Positions 1 to 10,361 are shown, numbered from the stretch's first letter. The stretch is 64,000 nt of DNA from a bacterium (GCA_021810245.1 JAJZJF010000002.1:1594-65593); one strand, 5' to 3'. The notes: a model not told the origin generated them from the sequence alone. Numbers and translations: made by a program.

Positions 1-2635
1 AGAGAGCCAAGGCGGCGTAATGAGACTTCGGATACTGAGCCGCCAATTGATGGAAAGCCGCGGCCGCTTTCTCGAAATCCTTCAAATTAAAAGCCGAGGT
101 CCCCATGCGAAACAAAGCCGCCCTCAAACGCGGATCGTCAGGATAGTTTTCCGTAAAGCGCTGATAAGCCCTTTCCGCATCCTCATAGCGCTTAAGCGCA
201 TAATAAGATTGGGCCAAATCATACTGGGCATCGCGAATATCTTTATCCCGAGAAAGATTTGGAATCGCTTCCTCTAAATTTTGGACCGCGCTGGTATAAT
301 CTCCGGTCTCAAAAAAATAAACCCCCAGACCCAGTTCCGCTTTCGCCCCGAAGGGGCTTGAAGATTGTGAACTCGCCAGAGACTCAAGAGCCTTTAAAGC
401 CGCGTCTTTGGACTCCGGCTGATAAAGCATCTGGGTTAAATAATCCAGAACCTGTTGGCCCTCCTTGTCTCCCGGAGAATTATTTAAAACATCCTCAAAC
501 GCGGAGATGGCCTGGGGAATATTTTTGGCGTTGTAATAACTTTGGGCGATGCGAAGACGGGCATAGGAAGAAGCGGCGTCATCCGGATAGGCTTGAAGTA
601 TATGTTGATAGGCCGCCACGGCTTTGTCGTATTGAGCGGCTCTAAAATAAGTGTCGGCCGTAGCCCACGCCGCGGATTTCGCGGCTTCGGAAGAAGGATA
701 ACTCGCTTCCACTCTTTCCCAGGTTTTAACGGCGTCGCCATAATAATTGAGGCGGTAATAGCACCAACCCTCTTCTAAAGCGGCATCGGCCGCGCGCGGA
801 TCCTGGGCATAATCTTTTTCAAACCGCTCAAAGGCGTCCAAGGCGTCGGCATATTTTTTTTGATTAAAAAGAGTGACTGCCTCGGCATATTGATTGTTTA
901 AAAATAAATCCGCGCCTGGATTTTCATTGACAATAACGGTCTTAGATGGGGCAATGGGCGGCGCGCTCTTCAAAGCCTCCAATTCAACGCGCTTCTGATA
1001 GGACTGAGAAAAATGTCCTTGTTTAAAGAGACACCAACTGACCCCATCTTTAGCGACAATAGATTCCGGAGTCGCGGGATAGGAATGGATGATTTCCTGG
1101 TAAATTGGCAGAGCCTGATCATAAAGCCCTTGTCGGTAATATCCCTCCGCTATATAAAGGAGAGCGGCCGCGCGCCAAGGATCCTGGGTGGGGGCATTTT
1201 CCTTAAGGACGTATTGATAACCGGAAATCAAATGCCCGTATTCTCCGGCCTCTAAATACGAGCGGCTGAGCATGGCCAGGTCCGGATTTAAAATGAGACT
1301 TCGATAAGGATAGAGATTTGAGGCCGCCAAGTCTAGAGATTGCTGATAGGCCTGGGCCGCCTGGCGATATTTCCCCTCGCTTCCTAAGGCGTTTCCATTG
1401 AGATAAGCCGCCACTGGAACTAAGGGGTGAGATGAATATCGAACAATAAACGAATTGAGCGTGACATGCGCCTCAGGGTATTCCTGCCGCTTGTATTGGG
1501 TCCAAGCCAGCTTAAATTGAGCGGTTCCGGCCAAGCGATTGGAATAAGCGGAGGACAAATCGGAATAATCGAAGCCGGCCTTGGTATAGTTTCCTTCCTT
1601 TAAGAAAGATTCTCCCATCATGTAGAGACTCGGCTCTGCAAATTCTCCCGGCGGACTCATTTGCTCAACCGATTCAAAATCCCCCCGCGCCGCCATATAA
1701 TCTTTAAGGTTATAACTACACAAGCCCATCTTATAAGTCGCCGCTCCTCTTAAAGAACTGCGCGGATAATCCATCAGAAACTGGTTGAAAACCTGGGATG
1801 CCGAGGTGTAGTCTCTGGCCTCGAAAAAAGCCTCTCCCACCAGGTAGCGACTCATTTCAACTGCAGGGTCTTCTGGATAATCCGCGATCAGGGTCTTGAG
1901 ATTCTCAACCGCGATTAAAGGCTTCTCCAGATTCATGTTGGCTCGAGCGGAATATAAAAGCGCCAAGGGGGACTCAAGCCCGCTCAGAGACGACAGGGCG
2001 GCGGCGGGATTTCCCGTTTCAAAAAGAGCGATCCCGCGCGCTAATTTCAGCCTTGGATTATCGGCGTAAGACGGTTGTTCTTTTAAAGCCTCATCTAGCA
2101 AGTTCTCCGCCTTTGAGAACTGCTTTTGAGACATCAAGGCCTCGGCCTCAAGCAACCGGGCTTCGCCTCTCAAGGCGCCTAGAGGATAATCGGAAACTAA
2201 ACGTTCCATATCCGAAACGGCCTCATCATATTGGCCAAGGTTAAACGCCATTTCTCCGATTCGAAACCGAGCGCTCTCAGCCAGATAGTCCCCGTTTGGA
2301 GAGTCGCGGGAGACTTTCTTATAGGCTTTTTTTGCCTGCTTGAGAATTTTTGCCGCGCGCTTGGGAGACAAAGACAATTGCGCAATGCCTTCACGGTAAA
2401 GACTTTCCGCCAGCATCATTTGGGCCTCAAGATGGTCCGGTTGATCGCGGTCAAGTTTTAAGAATTCTTGGTATTGCTCGATGGCATGAGCGTAATCTTG
2501 GGTTTGGAAAAAATTTCCGGCCGAGAGGTAAAGCTGTTGGGCTTGGGTATTGGGAGTCATCTCCAGCGGAATCCGCGCGGCCTGGGCGAAACAAACCTGA
2601 TGTCCCAACAAAAACAAAGACCAAAGTAAACTCAA
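1..2635 (-). CDS. Large TPR-repeat protein with N-terminal signal peptide. The 3' end runs off the window, so it is absent from the ORF track.
   Basis: Reverse-strand reading from TTG at 2635, with GGAGG about 5 nt upstream (complement of 2641-2645), gives LSLLWSLFLLGHQVCFAQA. It continues as an uninterrupted TPR-like sequence, e.g. AQQLYLSAGNFFQTQDYAHAIEQYQEFLKLD, and near the window start DAQYDLAQSYYALKRYEDAERAYQRFTENYPDDP. All listed ORFs in 1-2700 are short. Confidence 0.75.
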   Translation of the reverse strand, partial: MSLLWSLFLLGHQVCFAQAARIPLEMTPNTQAQQLYLSAGNFFQTQDYAHAIEQYQEFLKLDRDQPDHLEAQMMLAESLYREGIAQLSLSPKRAAKILKQAKKAYKKVSRDSPNGDYLAESARFRIGEMAFNLGQYDEAVSDMERLVSDYPLGALRGEARLLEAEALMSQKQFSKAENLLDEALKEQPSYADNPRLKLARGIALFETGNPAAALSSLSGLESPLALLYSARANMNLEKPLIAVENLKTLIADYPEDPAVEMSRYLVGEAFFEARDYTSASQVFNQFLMDYPRSSLRGAATYKMGLCSYNLKDYMAARGDFESVEQMSPPGEFAEPSLYMMGESFLKEGNYTKAGFDYSDLSSAYSNRLAGTAQFKLAWTQYKRQEYPEAHVTLNSFIVRYSSHPLVPVAAYLNGNALGSEGKYRQAAQAYQQSLDLAASNLYPYRSLILNPDLAMLSRSYLEAGEYGHLISGYQYVLKENAPTQDPWRAAALLYIAEGYYRQGLYDQALPIYQEIIHSYPATPESIVAKDGVSWCLFKQGHFSQSYQKRVELEALKSAPPIAPSKTVIVNENPGADLFLNNQYAEAVTLFNQKKYADALDAFERFEKDYAQDPRAADAALEEGWCYYRLNYYGDAVKTWERVEASYPSSEAAKSAAWATADTYFRAAQYDKAVAAYQHILQAYPDDAASSYARLRIAQSYYNAKNIPQAISAFEDVLNNSPGDKEGQQVLDYLTQMLYQPESKDAALKALESLASSQSSSPFGAKAELGLGVYFFETGDYTSAVQNLEEAIPNLSRDKDIRDAQYDLAQSYYALKRYEDAERAYQRFTENYPDDPRLRAALFRMGTSAFNLKDFEKAAAAFHQLAAQYPKSHYAALAL

Positions 2636-2781
2636 GGCCCCTCCTTCTAAGCGCAAAAAAAGAATTTCTAAATTTCCGCGCTTCCTTCAAATAGTCTAGC
2701 CCCGCCCCCTCACATTGTCAAGGGTTGCGAAAAAATATTGACAAATCCCCTTAAAATTTTTCTTTAATTTATATAGAAGCT

Positions 2782-3714
2782 ATGATTGAAGCGGTTCACT
2801 TAAAGAAAAAGTTCGGGGAAAGAATGGCGGTCGACGATTTAAGTTTCAAAGTCGATCAAGGCCGCATTGTCGGCTTTCTCGGCCCCAACGGCGCTGGAAA
2901 AACGACGACCATGAGGCTTTTGACTTCCTTTTTTCCGGCAGACGGCGGAAGCGCGAAAATTCTCAATCTCGATGTTTCAGAAAACCCAATGGAAGCGCGC
3001 CGTCATTTAGGTTACTTGCCCGAAAACAATCCCCTCTACGAGGACCTAGAAGTCGCGGAAAGTTTAGAATTAGCCGCCCACTTAAGAGGAATCTCGGGGG
3101 AGAAAAAACGCGAGCGCATCGCCTACGCCGTCAAGGCTTGCGGACTCAGAGCGGCTTTGGGACGAAAAATTGGCGAACTCTCTAAAGGCTTCCGCCAGCG
3201 CGTGGGTCTGGCGCAAGCGATTCTTCACGACCCAGAAGTTCTCATCCTCGATGAACCGACCTCGGGACTGGACCCCAATCAGGTTCATGAAGTGCGCGAT
3301 CTCATACGCGAGCTTGGAAGGGAAAAGACCGTTCTTTTTTCAACCCATATTCTCTCAGAAGCAAAAGTCCTCTGCGATCGGCTCGTGATCATCAACAACG
3401 GGCGTTTGGTCGCGGAGGGGAGCTCTGAAGAGATTAGCTCCGGTGGAAAAAACTCTCAAACCCGTTTTTATGTTTCACTAAAAGGGCCGGCGCCTGAAAT
3501 TCTATCCGCTTTAAGGAAATTGCCCGGCGTTTCATCGGCGGAAGAGGCCATTCACAATCCCAAGGAACCGGGGTTTTATTTCGACGCCTCGGCCAAGACC
3601 GACGTCCGGGAAGACCTCTTCAATCTGGCCGCTGAAAAGCGTTGGCCTATTTTAGAATTAAGAAAGGACAGGCAAGACCTGGAAGAGATTTTCAGAAACC
3701 TCACTCAAAGCTAA
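2782..3714 (+). CDS. ABC transporter ATP-binding protein (ABC-2/GldA-like)
   Basis: Walker A GPNGAGKTT, ABC signature LSKGFRQR and Walker B LILDEPTSGLD. First gene of an ABC-2 permease/GldG-like/DUF4340 module. Confidence 0.9.
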   Translation: MIEAVHLKKKFGERMAVDDLSFKVDQGRIVGFLGPNGAGKTTTMRLLTSFFPADGGSAKILNLDVSENPMEARRHLGYLPENNPLYEDLEVAESLELAAHLRGISGEKKRERIAYAVKACGLRAALGRKIGELSKGFRQRVGLAQAILHDPEVLILDEPTSGLDPNQVHEVRDLIRELGREKTVLFSTHILSEAKVLCDRLVIINNGRLVAEGSSEEISSGGKNSQTRFYVSLKGPAPEILSALRKLPGVSSAEEAIHNPKEPGFYFDASAKTDVREDLFNLAAEKRWPILELRKDRQDLEEIFRNLTQS

Positions 3715-3719
3715 TCAAG

Positions 3720-4472
3720 ATGAAAACGAAAGAAGAGCCGCTGTTTCAAGTTCACGCCGTCAAAGCCTTGGCGCATAAGGGCCTTCGCGTCGCTTTGGAA
3801 TCGCCGTCGACCTATGTCGCATTGTTTGTCTTTTATCTTCTAACCGGATATTTGTTCATGGCTCCGCTTTTCCTGGTCGGACAGGCGACCATAAAAACGC
3901 TCATTGACTTTGAGCCCATTATTCTCTCTTTCTTTGTCCCGGCTTTGACGATGGGACTTCTATCGGAAGAGCTAAAATCCGGGACTTTTGAAACGCTGGC
4001 CACTTTCCCCTTGGAAGATTGGGACATCGTCCTGGGAAAATACCTCGGCTTTGCCTCTCTTTATACGCTCGTCATCGCCGCGCTTTTGTTTTTTGCCGTC
4101 TGCCTCGCGTTTTTGGTGGCCCCTCCGGCCCATCTGGATTGGGGCGAGTCCATTGGAACCCTTTGCGCGCTGACTTTTGAAGGTCTTTTAATTGGAGCGG
4201 CGGGGCTTTACACATCCTCTTTTAGCAAAAACCAAATCGTGTCTTTCATCACCGCTTTCTTAATCGGATTTAGTTTTGTCGTCATCGGGAAATTCGCCAT
4301 TTTTCTTCCCGCTGGGCTTTCGAGTATTCTCGATTTTATCGGTTTGGATTCCCATATGCAGACGATGGGAAAAGGGGTTTTGGACACCCGTGACATTCTC
4401 TATTTCGCCTCCTTTATCTTCCTCTTTCTCTATCTGACCGCGCAAAAGCTCAGTCATAGGAGAATTAGCTAA
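3720..4472 (+). CDS. ABC-2 family permease (GldF-like)
   Basis: Multi-pass hydrophobic protein directly after the ATPase. I prefer ATG 3720 (MKTKEEPLFQ), 3 nt after the ATPase stop, over the track's TTG 3642, which overlaps the ATPase. Confidence 0.75.
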   Translation: MKTKEEPLFQVHAVKALAHKGLRVALESPSTYVALFVFYLLTGYLFMAPLFLVGQATIKTLIDFEPIILSFFVPALTMGLLSEELKSGTFETLATFPLEDWDIVLGKYLGFASLYTLVIAALLFFAVCLAFLVAPPAHLDWGESIGTLCALTFEGLLIGAAGLYTSSFSKNQIVSFITAFLIGFSFVVIGKFAIFLPAGLSSILDFIGLDSHMQTMGKGVLDTRDILYFASFIFLFLYLTAQKLSHRRIS

Positions 4473-6088
4473 TGTCTCAAGAACCCAAGACTAAGATCCG
4501 ACAACTTCTGTTTTCCGGCTTAGGAACAGCGCTTCTGATTGGAACCTTGGCGGCCGTTAACGGAATTTCCTACTACGTGTATTCCCGAATGGATTTTTCG
4601 GCCGGACACATCTTTTCCATCTCCAAGGGAACCAAGCATATCCTTTCAAAGCTAACCGACAATCTGATCGTCAAGGTCTATTTTACGCCGAATCTTCCGC
4701 CGCCCTATGGGCTCAACGAGAATTATCTCCGCGATCTCTTAGGCGAATACAAATCCGCCGCTCACGGCCATATCACGGTTGAATTTTTGGATCCCAACCA
4801 ATCTCAAAAAAGGAAAGATGATGCTCAGGCTCTGGGTATTTCCCCGGTTCAGGTCAACGTGATGGCCAAAGATAAATTCGAGGTCAAAACCGCCTACATG
4901 GGAATCGCTCTCCTCTATAAAGGGCGTAGTCAGGTTATTCCCTTTTTACAAGACACCTCCGATTTGGAATATCAAATCACTAGCCGCATCAAAAAGCTCG
5001 CTGATCCGGTCCTCCCAACCGTCGGCTTTGTCATCGGGCACGGTGAAAAAAACCCGGGAGACCCCTCGGCAGCAAATCTGTTCGCTCCGCTTCGGGAAGA
5101 CCTTAATTTAAAGACCGTCGATCTGAGTTCCGCAATCCCGTCTGATGTCTCAGCTCTGTGGATTTTGGGCCCCACTCAAAAATTTAAAGACCACGACATT
5201 GAAGCCCTGAGAAATTGGTTATTCCAAGGAAAGCCCTTGGGAATTCTCTTTAACCGGCGCTCGGTTAATTTCCAAGCCTTCTATAGCGCACCGATGAGTC
5301 TGGGCCTCGGCCCGCTTCTAAAAGACTGGGGACTCGATATCCCCAATGGATTTGTCGTCGACGCTCAATCTGAAAATGTCGAATTTCAGCAAAATATCGG
5401 CCAATTTGTCGCGATGAGAATTCAGCAATATCCTTATATCCCGGTCGCCACCCATTTTAATTCTTCAAATCCCGCCGTCGAGCATCTTCAAGGCGTCACC
5501 TTGCCCTTTGTTCACCCGATTTTCGCCTCAACCGCCACGGCTAATGGCCTCAAATACGAATCCCTGGTCGACTCAAGCCCGAACAGCTGGCTAAAAAATT
5601 CCTACAACATCGGCATTGCGCAAAGTTCCGCTAATCTAGCGAAAGACCGGCGCGGGCCTTTCTCGCTGGCAGGACTGGTTTCCGGAAAATTTCCAGCGCC
5701 CGAGGGAACCCCGTCTTTAACTCCACACAAGTCCGCACGGGCCATTCTCGTCGCCACCGCCTACGTATTAGATTCTCATTTTGCCAATCGCCAGACAAGC
5801 GCGGTCTTTTTAGAAAATCTTCTTGAGTGGTCTTGCGAGGACAGCGATCTTCTTTCTATTCGCGGGAAAGGCATGACCTATCGCCCTCTCCGGCCTTTGT
5901 CCGACAAGATGCGCTTATTCGTCAAATATGGGATGATTCTTTTCCTGCCCTTTATGCTTTTGGCTTACGGTGGGTTTAGCTATCGCAGACAAATAAAGAG
6001 AAGACGCCGGATAATTTCCCTCTACGGCGGGGAAACCGTTTTATCTCAAGAAACGCCGCACCAAGAACCGACTCCCATCTCATCTTAA
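4472..6088 (+). CDS. GldG-like ABC-transporter auxiliary protein (N- and C-terminal TM anchors, large periplasmic domain)
   Basis: TAATG overlap with the permease. It has TM helices at both ends, matching the GldG-family architecture, and sits in the conserved ATPase-permease-GldG context. Confidence 0.7.
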   Translation: MSQEPKTKIRQLLFSGLGTALLIGTLAAVNGISYYVYSRMDFSAGHIFSISKGTKHILSKLTDNLIVKVYFTPNLPPPYGLNENYLRDLLGEYKSAAHGHITVEFLDPNQSQKRKDDAQALGISPVQVNVMAKDKFEVKTAYMGIALLYKGRSQVIPFLQDTSDLEYQITSRIKKLADPVLPTVGFVIGHGEKNPGDPSAANLFAPLREDLNLKTVDLSSAIPSDVSALWILGPTQKFKDHDIEALRNWLFQGKPLGILFNRRSVNFQAFYSAPMSLGLGPLLKDWGLDIPNGFVVDAQSENVEFQQNIGQFVAMRIQQYPYIPVATHFNSSNPAVEHLQGVTLPFVHPIFASTATANGLKYESLVDSSPNSWLKNSYNIGIAQSSANLAKDRRGPFSLAGLVSGKFPAPEGTPSLTPHKSARAILVATAYVLDSHFANRQTSAVFLENLLEWSCEDSDLLSIRGKGMTYRPLRPLSDKMRLFVKYGMILFLPFMLLAYGGFSYRRQIKRRRRIISLYGGETVLSQETPHQEPTPISS

Positions 6089-6093
6089 AACCC

Positions 6094-7056
6094 ATGAAAA
6101 AAATTTTAATTCTTTCCGTTCTTTTTCTCGTGACTTTCGGCGCCTTAGTCTGGATTGCCATTGACAATGCCCGCATCACGCGCGCCCCCATCCTCGAAGG
6201 AGTCAAAGCCAATCAGTTCGAGAAGCTGGATATTTCTTATCAAGGCAAATCCGTTGAGCTTGTCAAAGATAAAGGCAATTGGGAAGTTCAAAAGCCGGTA
6301 GCGGATTTGGCAGACCAAGACGCCGTGTCTCAAATTGTACAAGCTCTTCCCCAAATTATTCTTGAAGATGTCGCGACTAAGAACCCCTCCTCCTATGCGG
6401 ATTACGGGATTTCCACATCAGCGGCCCACCTAATCGTCTACGCGGCTATTAGTCCCAAGCCCATTTTAGACGGTTATTTCGGACGACAGGCCTTTGGCTG
6501 GAATTCCGCTTATTTCCGGTATTCTAATCGCCCGGAAATCTATATCACTTCCGGTCTTAACGCATCAAGACTGACCCAGGATCCGGACAATTTTAGGGAA
6601 CGGGCTTTTTTCCCGAGATCCTACGGGATTCCAAAATCAATCTCGGTCGCGCCAAAACGCGGAAAAAGCTACACTCTCTATCCCTCAAGCCCAACCTGGC
6701 CGAGCGTCTTTGGCCTGCGCGCAACAGAATTTGTCAATCAAGGTTTGCCCAAAAAAAATCCCTTTAAAAAGCCTCTTTTCGTTTTTAAGGCGCAAGACGG
6801 AAAGGAAAATATCGAATGGATTATTGGGAGCCCGCAACCCGTTAAATCCGGCAAGCCTCTTTATTATTACGCAAAATCTCTGGACCGAAACATCGTGGTT
6901 CTCGTTTCAGCCTACGAAATCGACAATCTTCTCCCTCAAAAGCCCCGGCCTAAAATTGGCGTAAAGCCGCAATTTCATCCGGCTAAAACCAAGCCCGCGA
7001 TGATTTCAGGCCCGCTCCGAAAGATTATTCCGAAAGCTCAAGTTAAGAAGCCCTAA
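6094..7056 (+). CDS. DUF4340-like membrane-anchored protein
   Basis: N-terminal TM helix (ILILSVLFLVTFGALVWIAI). It occupies the position after the GldG-like gene that DUF4340 proteins typically take. The sequence pattern KGNWEVQKPVADLADQDAVSQIV resembles that family. Confidence 0.55.
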   Translation: MKKILILSVLFLVTFGALVWIAIDNARITRAPILEGVKANQFEKLDISYQGKSVELVKDKGNWEVQKPVADLADQDAVSQIVQALPQIILEDVATKNPSSYADYGISTSAAHLIVYAAISPKPILDGYFGRQAFGWNSAYFRYSNRPEIYITSGLNASRLTQDPDNFRERAFFPRSYGIPKSISVAPKRGKSYTLYPSSPTWPSVFGLRATEFVNQGLPKKNPFKKPLFVFKAQDGKENIEWIIGSPQPVKSGKPLYYYAKSLDRNIVVLVSAYEIDNLLPQKPRPKIGVKPQFHPAKTKPAMISGPLRKIIPKAQVKKP

Positions 7057-8088
7057 TAAAACCGGCCAGACCTCTCCCACTTCCGCCCATCGGCCCGCGG
7101 TTTCTATCACCCGATGGGAGGGCCAATGAGAGTAGCCAAACCTCCAGGGCTCGCTATGACTAAAGAGTTCTACTGTTGGAATATTAAGAGAAACGCAAAG
7201 GTGCATTGGGCCCGTGTCGGCTGTCAAAACCGCTCTTGCATTGGATAATGCGGCGGCAAATTTTCTTAAAGGCATCTCTGGCAGTAAAACCGTCCCTACG
7301 GGCAAGGATACATTCTCAATTAAACGCCTTTCGGCAGGACCTATGAGAAGGGCGGTTTTTCTCCCCTGAGCGCGCAAAAGAGAGGCTATTTCCAAAAACC
7401 AGGCCAGCGGCAATCGTTTTTGATCCCGTGCGCCAATGAAAAGAGCCACGGATTCTTGATCCAGCCCCTGATTTCGCCAAAATCTTTCCCCTTCTTCTTG
7501 TTCACCCTGCCCCCAATGCCACTCAAGCCTTAAGTCCGAATCGGGCCTTAAAGGCCTCCCCGCCGCCTGGCGCACAAGGTTCGCTAAATTAACGGTCTCA
7601 TGAAATTTTTCCCGAGGGCATGGAATAGGCATATTAATAAACTTGTCAGATTCCCCGCGCTGATATCCCAGCCTCCAACGCGCCCCGGACCAAGCGGTCC
7701 ACAACGCTCCTGAAAGAGAAAAAGCATGATAAGAGGAGAAATCAAAAGCGAGATCGTAACCCAAAAAACGCAGAAATGGCCACTCTTTGGGGTTTAAAAC
7801 CCGGGAGACGCAAGGATTAAATTTTAGAGCCGCGGCATATGCTTTTGGCATCAAGATATCTGTTTGTGCCAGCGGAAAAGCCTCTTTAATTAAGCGCAGA
7901 GCCGGGGTTAAAAGGAGTATATTTCCCAAGCGCGCGTCGGAACGAACAGCCAAAATTCGAGAAACAGCTTTTACATCGACCGGAGCCTTGACCGGCGGCG
8001 AACTCGGCAAAAGACTGAGAAATTGCGACCGTAAATAGGCCTTACTCTTTTCTTCCGCCTGTTTTGCGAGCCCTTTTAAATATCCCAC
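7006..8088 (-). CDS. Glycosyltransferase family 9 (LPS heptosyltransferase-like)
   Basis: ILAVRSDARLGNILLLTPALRLIKEAFP is the typical GT9 N-terminal motif. The C-terminal LTADTGPMHLCVSLNIPTV matches the GT9 nucleotide-sugar binding region. Confidence 0.8.
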   Translation of the reverse strand: MGYLKGLAKQAEEKSKAYLRSQFLSLLPSSPPVKAPVDVKAVSRILAVRSDARLGNILLLTPALRLIKEAFPLAQTDILMPKAYAAALKFNPCVSRVLNPKEWPFLRFLGYDLAFDFSSYHAFSLSGALWTAWSGARWRLGYQRGESDKFINMPIPCPREKFHETVNLANLVRQAAGRPLRPDSDLRLEWHWGQGEQEEGERFWRNQGLDQESVALFIGARDQKRLPLAWFLEIASLLRAQGRKTALLIGPAERRLIENVSLPVGTVLLPEMPLRKFAAALSNARAVLTADTGPMHLCVSLNIPTVELFSHSEPWRFGYSHWPSHRVIETAGRWAEVGEVWPVLLGLLNLSFRNNLSERA

Positions 8089-8130
8089 TGTGGAATTTTA
8101 GCACTTTCCGAAATTTCGCCGCTTGCCTCT

Positions 8131-8174
8131 AAAATCAACCCGGAAGCGGCTTTAGCTTTAAAACCGCCTCCGGG
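8131..8174 (-). terminator. Candidate intrinsic terminator after the Spy/CpxP-like gene
   Basis: Arms 8139-8149 and 8164-8174 form an 11-bp stem with one mismatch. On the minus strand the stem is followed by TTGATTTT. Confidence 0.4.
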
Positions 8175-8186
8175 TGGCATATCAAC

Positions 8187-8636
8187 CTAAGAAGCTTTTT
8201 GGAGCTTTTTTTGCGCGCGTATTTTTTGAAATCTCTGCGAACGCGCGACGATGAGTCTTGCCCTCTGAATTGGAGTCAAGACATTGTTTTCTCCATCAAT
8301 AAACTCTTCGTTGATCTTTCTCATCCGTTCCTTGAGCTGATCAAAGGCCGCAAGCGTGGCCGCAATTTTACTCTCAGGGGCTTTGGCCTTGAGTTCTTGG
8401 GACAACTCAGCCATAATCTGCCTGCGCCGCGAAAAAAGCGGAGACAGTTTTTCCCGCCTAGTCCCTAAAACCTCCAAGAGTTTTGGGACTTGATTGGGGC
8501 TTAGGCCCAAGCCTTCCATCCAACGTCCTTTTTGAGGCGCGCTTTTGGCGCTAGCCCCCCAAGCTCCCAAGGACAGCAAGCAGACAAGAAAGGCCGCTCC
8601 AATTTGAGACCCCTTTATCGCCTTTTTTACGTTCAT
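8187..8636 (-). CDS. Periplasmic helical protein, Spy/CpxP-like (LTxxQ-type motif)
   Basis: Signal peptide (AAFLVCLLSLGAWGASA), helical K/E/R-rich body and LTPIQRARL near the C-terminus. Confidence 0.4.
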   Translation of the reverse strand: MNVKKAIKGSQIGAAFLVCLLSLGAWGASAKSAPQKGRWMEGLGLSPNQVPKLLEVLGTRREKLSPLFSRRRQIMAELSQELKAKAPESKIAATLAAFDQLKERMRKINEEFIDGENNVLTPIQRARLIVARSQRFQKIRAQKKLQKAS

Positions 8637-8718
8637 CTTTGTATCCTCCCTTTAATTTAAGTTCCCGGGGAATTCTCCGGTCTTCATTTATACGGCTAAG
8701 CCCCCAAAAAAGTTCCCC

Positions 8719-8747
8719 TTGACAGAAAAGCGGAAAGACCCTAAACT
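8719..8747 (+). promoter_or_regulatory. Candidate sigma70 promoter for the ankyrin-caspase gene
   Basis: TTGACA (8719-8724), 17-nt spacer, TAAACT (8742-8747). Confidence 0.4.
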
Positions 8748-8776
8748 ATATTCGACCCTGGCTTAAATTTAAAAAA

Positions 8777-10354
8777 ATGAACCCTCAAGTTAAAGCCCGC
8801 CGAAATATCTCTTCCGCGATTTTTTTGTTGGTTCTACTTCTCTCTTTCGCGTCCCAAGTCCGCGCCACTCCCAACGACGATTTAATCGAAGCCTCTATGC
8901 TGGGTCGCCTCAGCGCTCTTAAGCGCGCTCTCTCAAGAGGCGCCGACGTCAATTTAAGAGATGATATCGGGAGAACTCCTTTAATGTGGACCGCGATGAC
9001 CGGGCATCCCCGCATCGCCCGCTATCTCATAAAGGTCGGAGCGCGAGTCGACACCCACGATGACGGAAAATGGACCGCTCTGATGCAGGCGGCCGACTAT
9101 GGGCATGACAATGTCGTCCAGGTCCTTCTTCACGCCGGGGCCAACGTCAACGCGGAAAATAACGCCGGCTGGACCGCCTTGATGATCGCCTCCGAAGGCG
9201 GATATCCGGAAATGGCCCAGGATTTAATTGAGCACAAGGCCAATGTCAACGCGAAAAATAAGTCCGGGAAAACGGCGCTGATGATCGCCGCGCAAAACGA
9301 CAATATCGGGGTCATTAAGCCTTTAATGGACGCGGGCGCCGATATCAACGCTCGGGACAACAACGGCTGGACGGCTTTAATGTATGCCTGCCGCAGCGGA
9401 TACTCAGACGCAGTGCGTATTCTTCTTAAAGACGGCGCCGATCCCAACCTTGAAAACGCCCAAAGCGAAACGGCCGGCGATATCGCCAATGTCGCCGGAC
9501 ACGAAGACATCGTCTCCTTGATCAACTCCCAATCGGAAGAACCCCAGCCTGCCCCGCCGGCGCGAAAAATCTATTTTTCAGACGTTGACAATCCCCTTTA
9601 CCGTTTGCCGGAGCATCCCCATGACATCGCTTTGGTGATCGGAATTAACCGCTATATTCATGATTTGCCTCACGCGAAATTCGCCAATCGAGACGCCGAA
9701 GCGGTCAAGGCGCATTTAATCGCGCTTGGGTTTCCCGAATGGCAAATCAAAACTCTCATCAACGATCAAGCCACTAAAAGCGACATCTTGGGCTACATTG
9801 AGAGCTGGCTGCCCAAAAACGCAAAATCAGATGGACGGGTTTTTGTCTATTTTTCAGGCCACGGGGCGCCGGACGTAATATCCGGGCAAGCTTATCTCGT
9901 TCCGGTCGATGGGGATCCCAATTTCTTATCTCAAACCGCCATTCGCATTTCGGATTTATATAAAGATTTAAATTTGCTTAACGCCAAAAAAGTGATTGTC
10001 GTTTTAGACAGTTGCTTTTCAGGCAGCGGAGAGAGATCCGTCATCGCCGACAACGTCAAGCCTTTAGTCTCAAAAGTAGAATCCCTGACTCCTCCCGCGG
10101 GAAAACTTTTAGTCTTTGCCGCGGCAAAAGGCAATGAAACAGCCGGAGTCTTAGACAGCCAAGGCCACGGGCTTTTCACTTATTATTATCTTAGGGGAAT
10201 TGACCGCGCGGATCAAAAACATAGAAATTTAACGCCCAGGTCCTTGTTTGACTATCTCAAAATCCGTGTCCGGGGAAAGGCCGCCTCCCAGGGCCGGGAT
10301 CAGGTTCCAGTACTGGCCGGAAACACCTCGGGAACCCTGTTTACCTTCCGCTAA
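8777..10354 (+). CDS. Secreted ankyrin-repeat protein fused to a caspase-like (peptidase C14) domain
   Basis: Signal peptide ending SQVRA. At least five clear 33-residue ANK repeats (GWTALMIASEGGYPEMAQDLIEHKANVNAKNK and similar). The C-terminal domain carries the caspase His/Cys dyad contexts VYFSGHGA and VLDSCFSGSG. Confidence 0.85.
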   Translation: MNPQVKARRNISSAIFLLVLLLSFASQVRATPNDDLIEASMLGRLSALKRALSRGADVNLRDDIGRTPLMWTAMTGHPRIARYLIKVGARVDTHDDGKWTALMQAADYGHDNVVQVLLHAGANVNAENNAGWTALMIASEGGYPEMAQDLIEHKANVNAKNKSGKTALMIAAQNDNIGVIKPLMDAGADINARDNNGWTALMYACRSGYSDAVRILLKDGADPNLENAQSETAGDIANVAGHEDIVSLINSQSEEPQPAPPARKIYFSDVDNPLYRLPEHPHDIALVIGINRYIHDLPHAKFANRDAEAVKAHLIALGFPEWQIKTLINDQATKSDILGYIESWLPKNAKSDGRVFVYFSGHGAPDVISGQAYLVPVDGDPNFLSQTAIRISDLYKDLNLLNAKKVIVVLDSCFSGSGERSVIADNVKPLVSKVESLTPPAGKLLVFAAAKGNETAGVLDSQGHGLFTYYYLRGIDRADQKHRNLTPRSLFDYLKIRVRGKAASQGRDQVPVLAGNTSGTLFTFR

Positions 10355-10361
10355 GATAATT

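Noticed and set aside
3642-3719. TTG 3642 start for the ABC-2 permease
   Set aside because: It overlaps the ATPase by 73 nt. ATG 3720 directly follows the ATPase stop and precedes the first TM helix.
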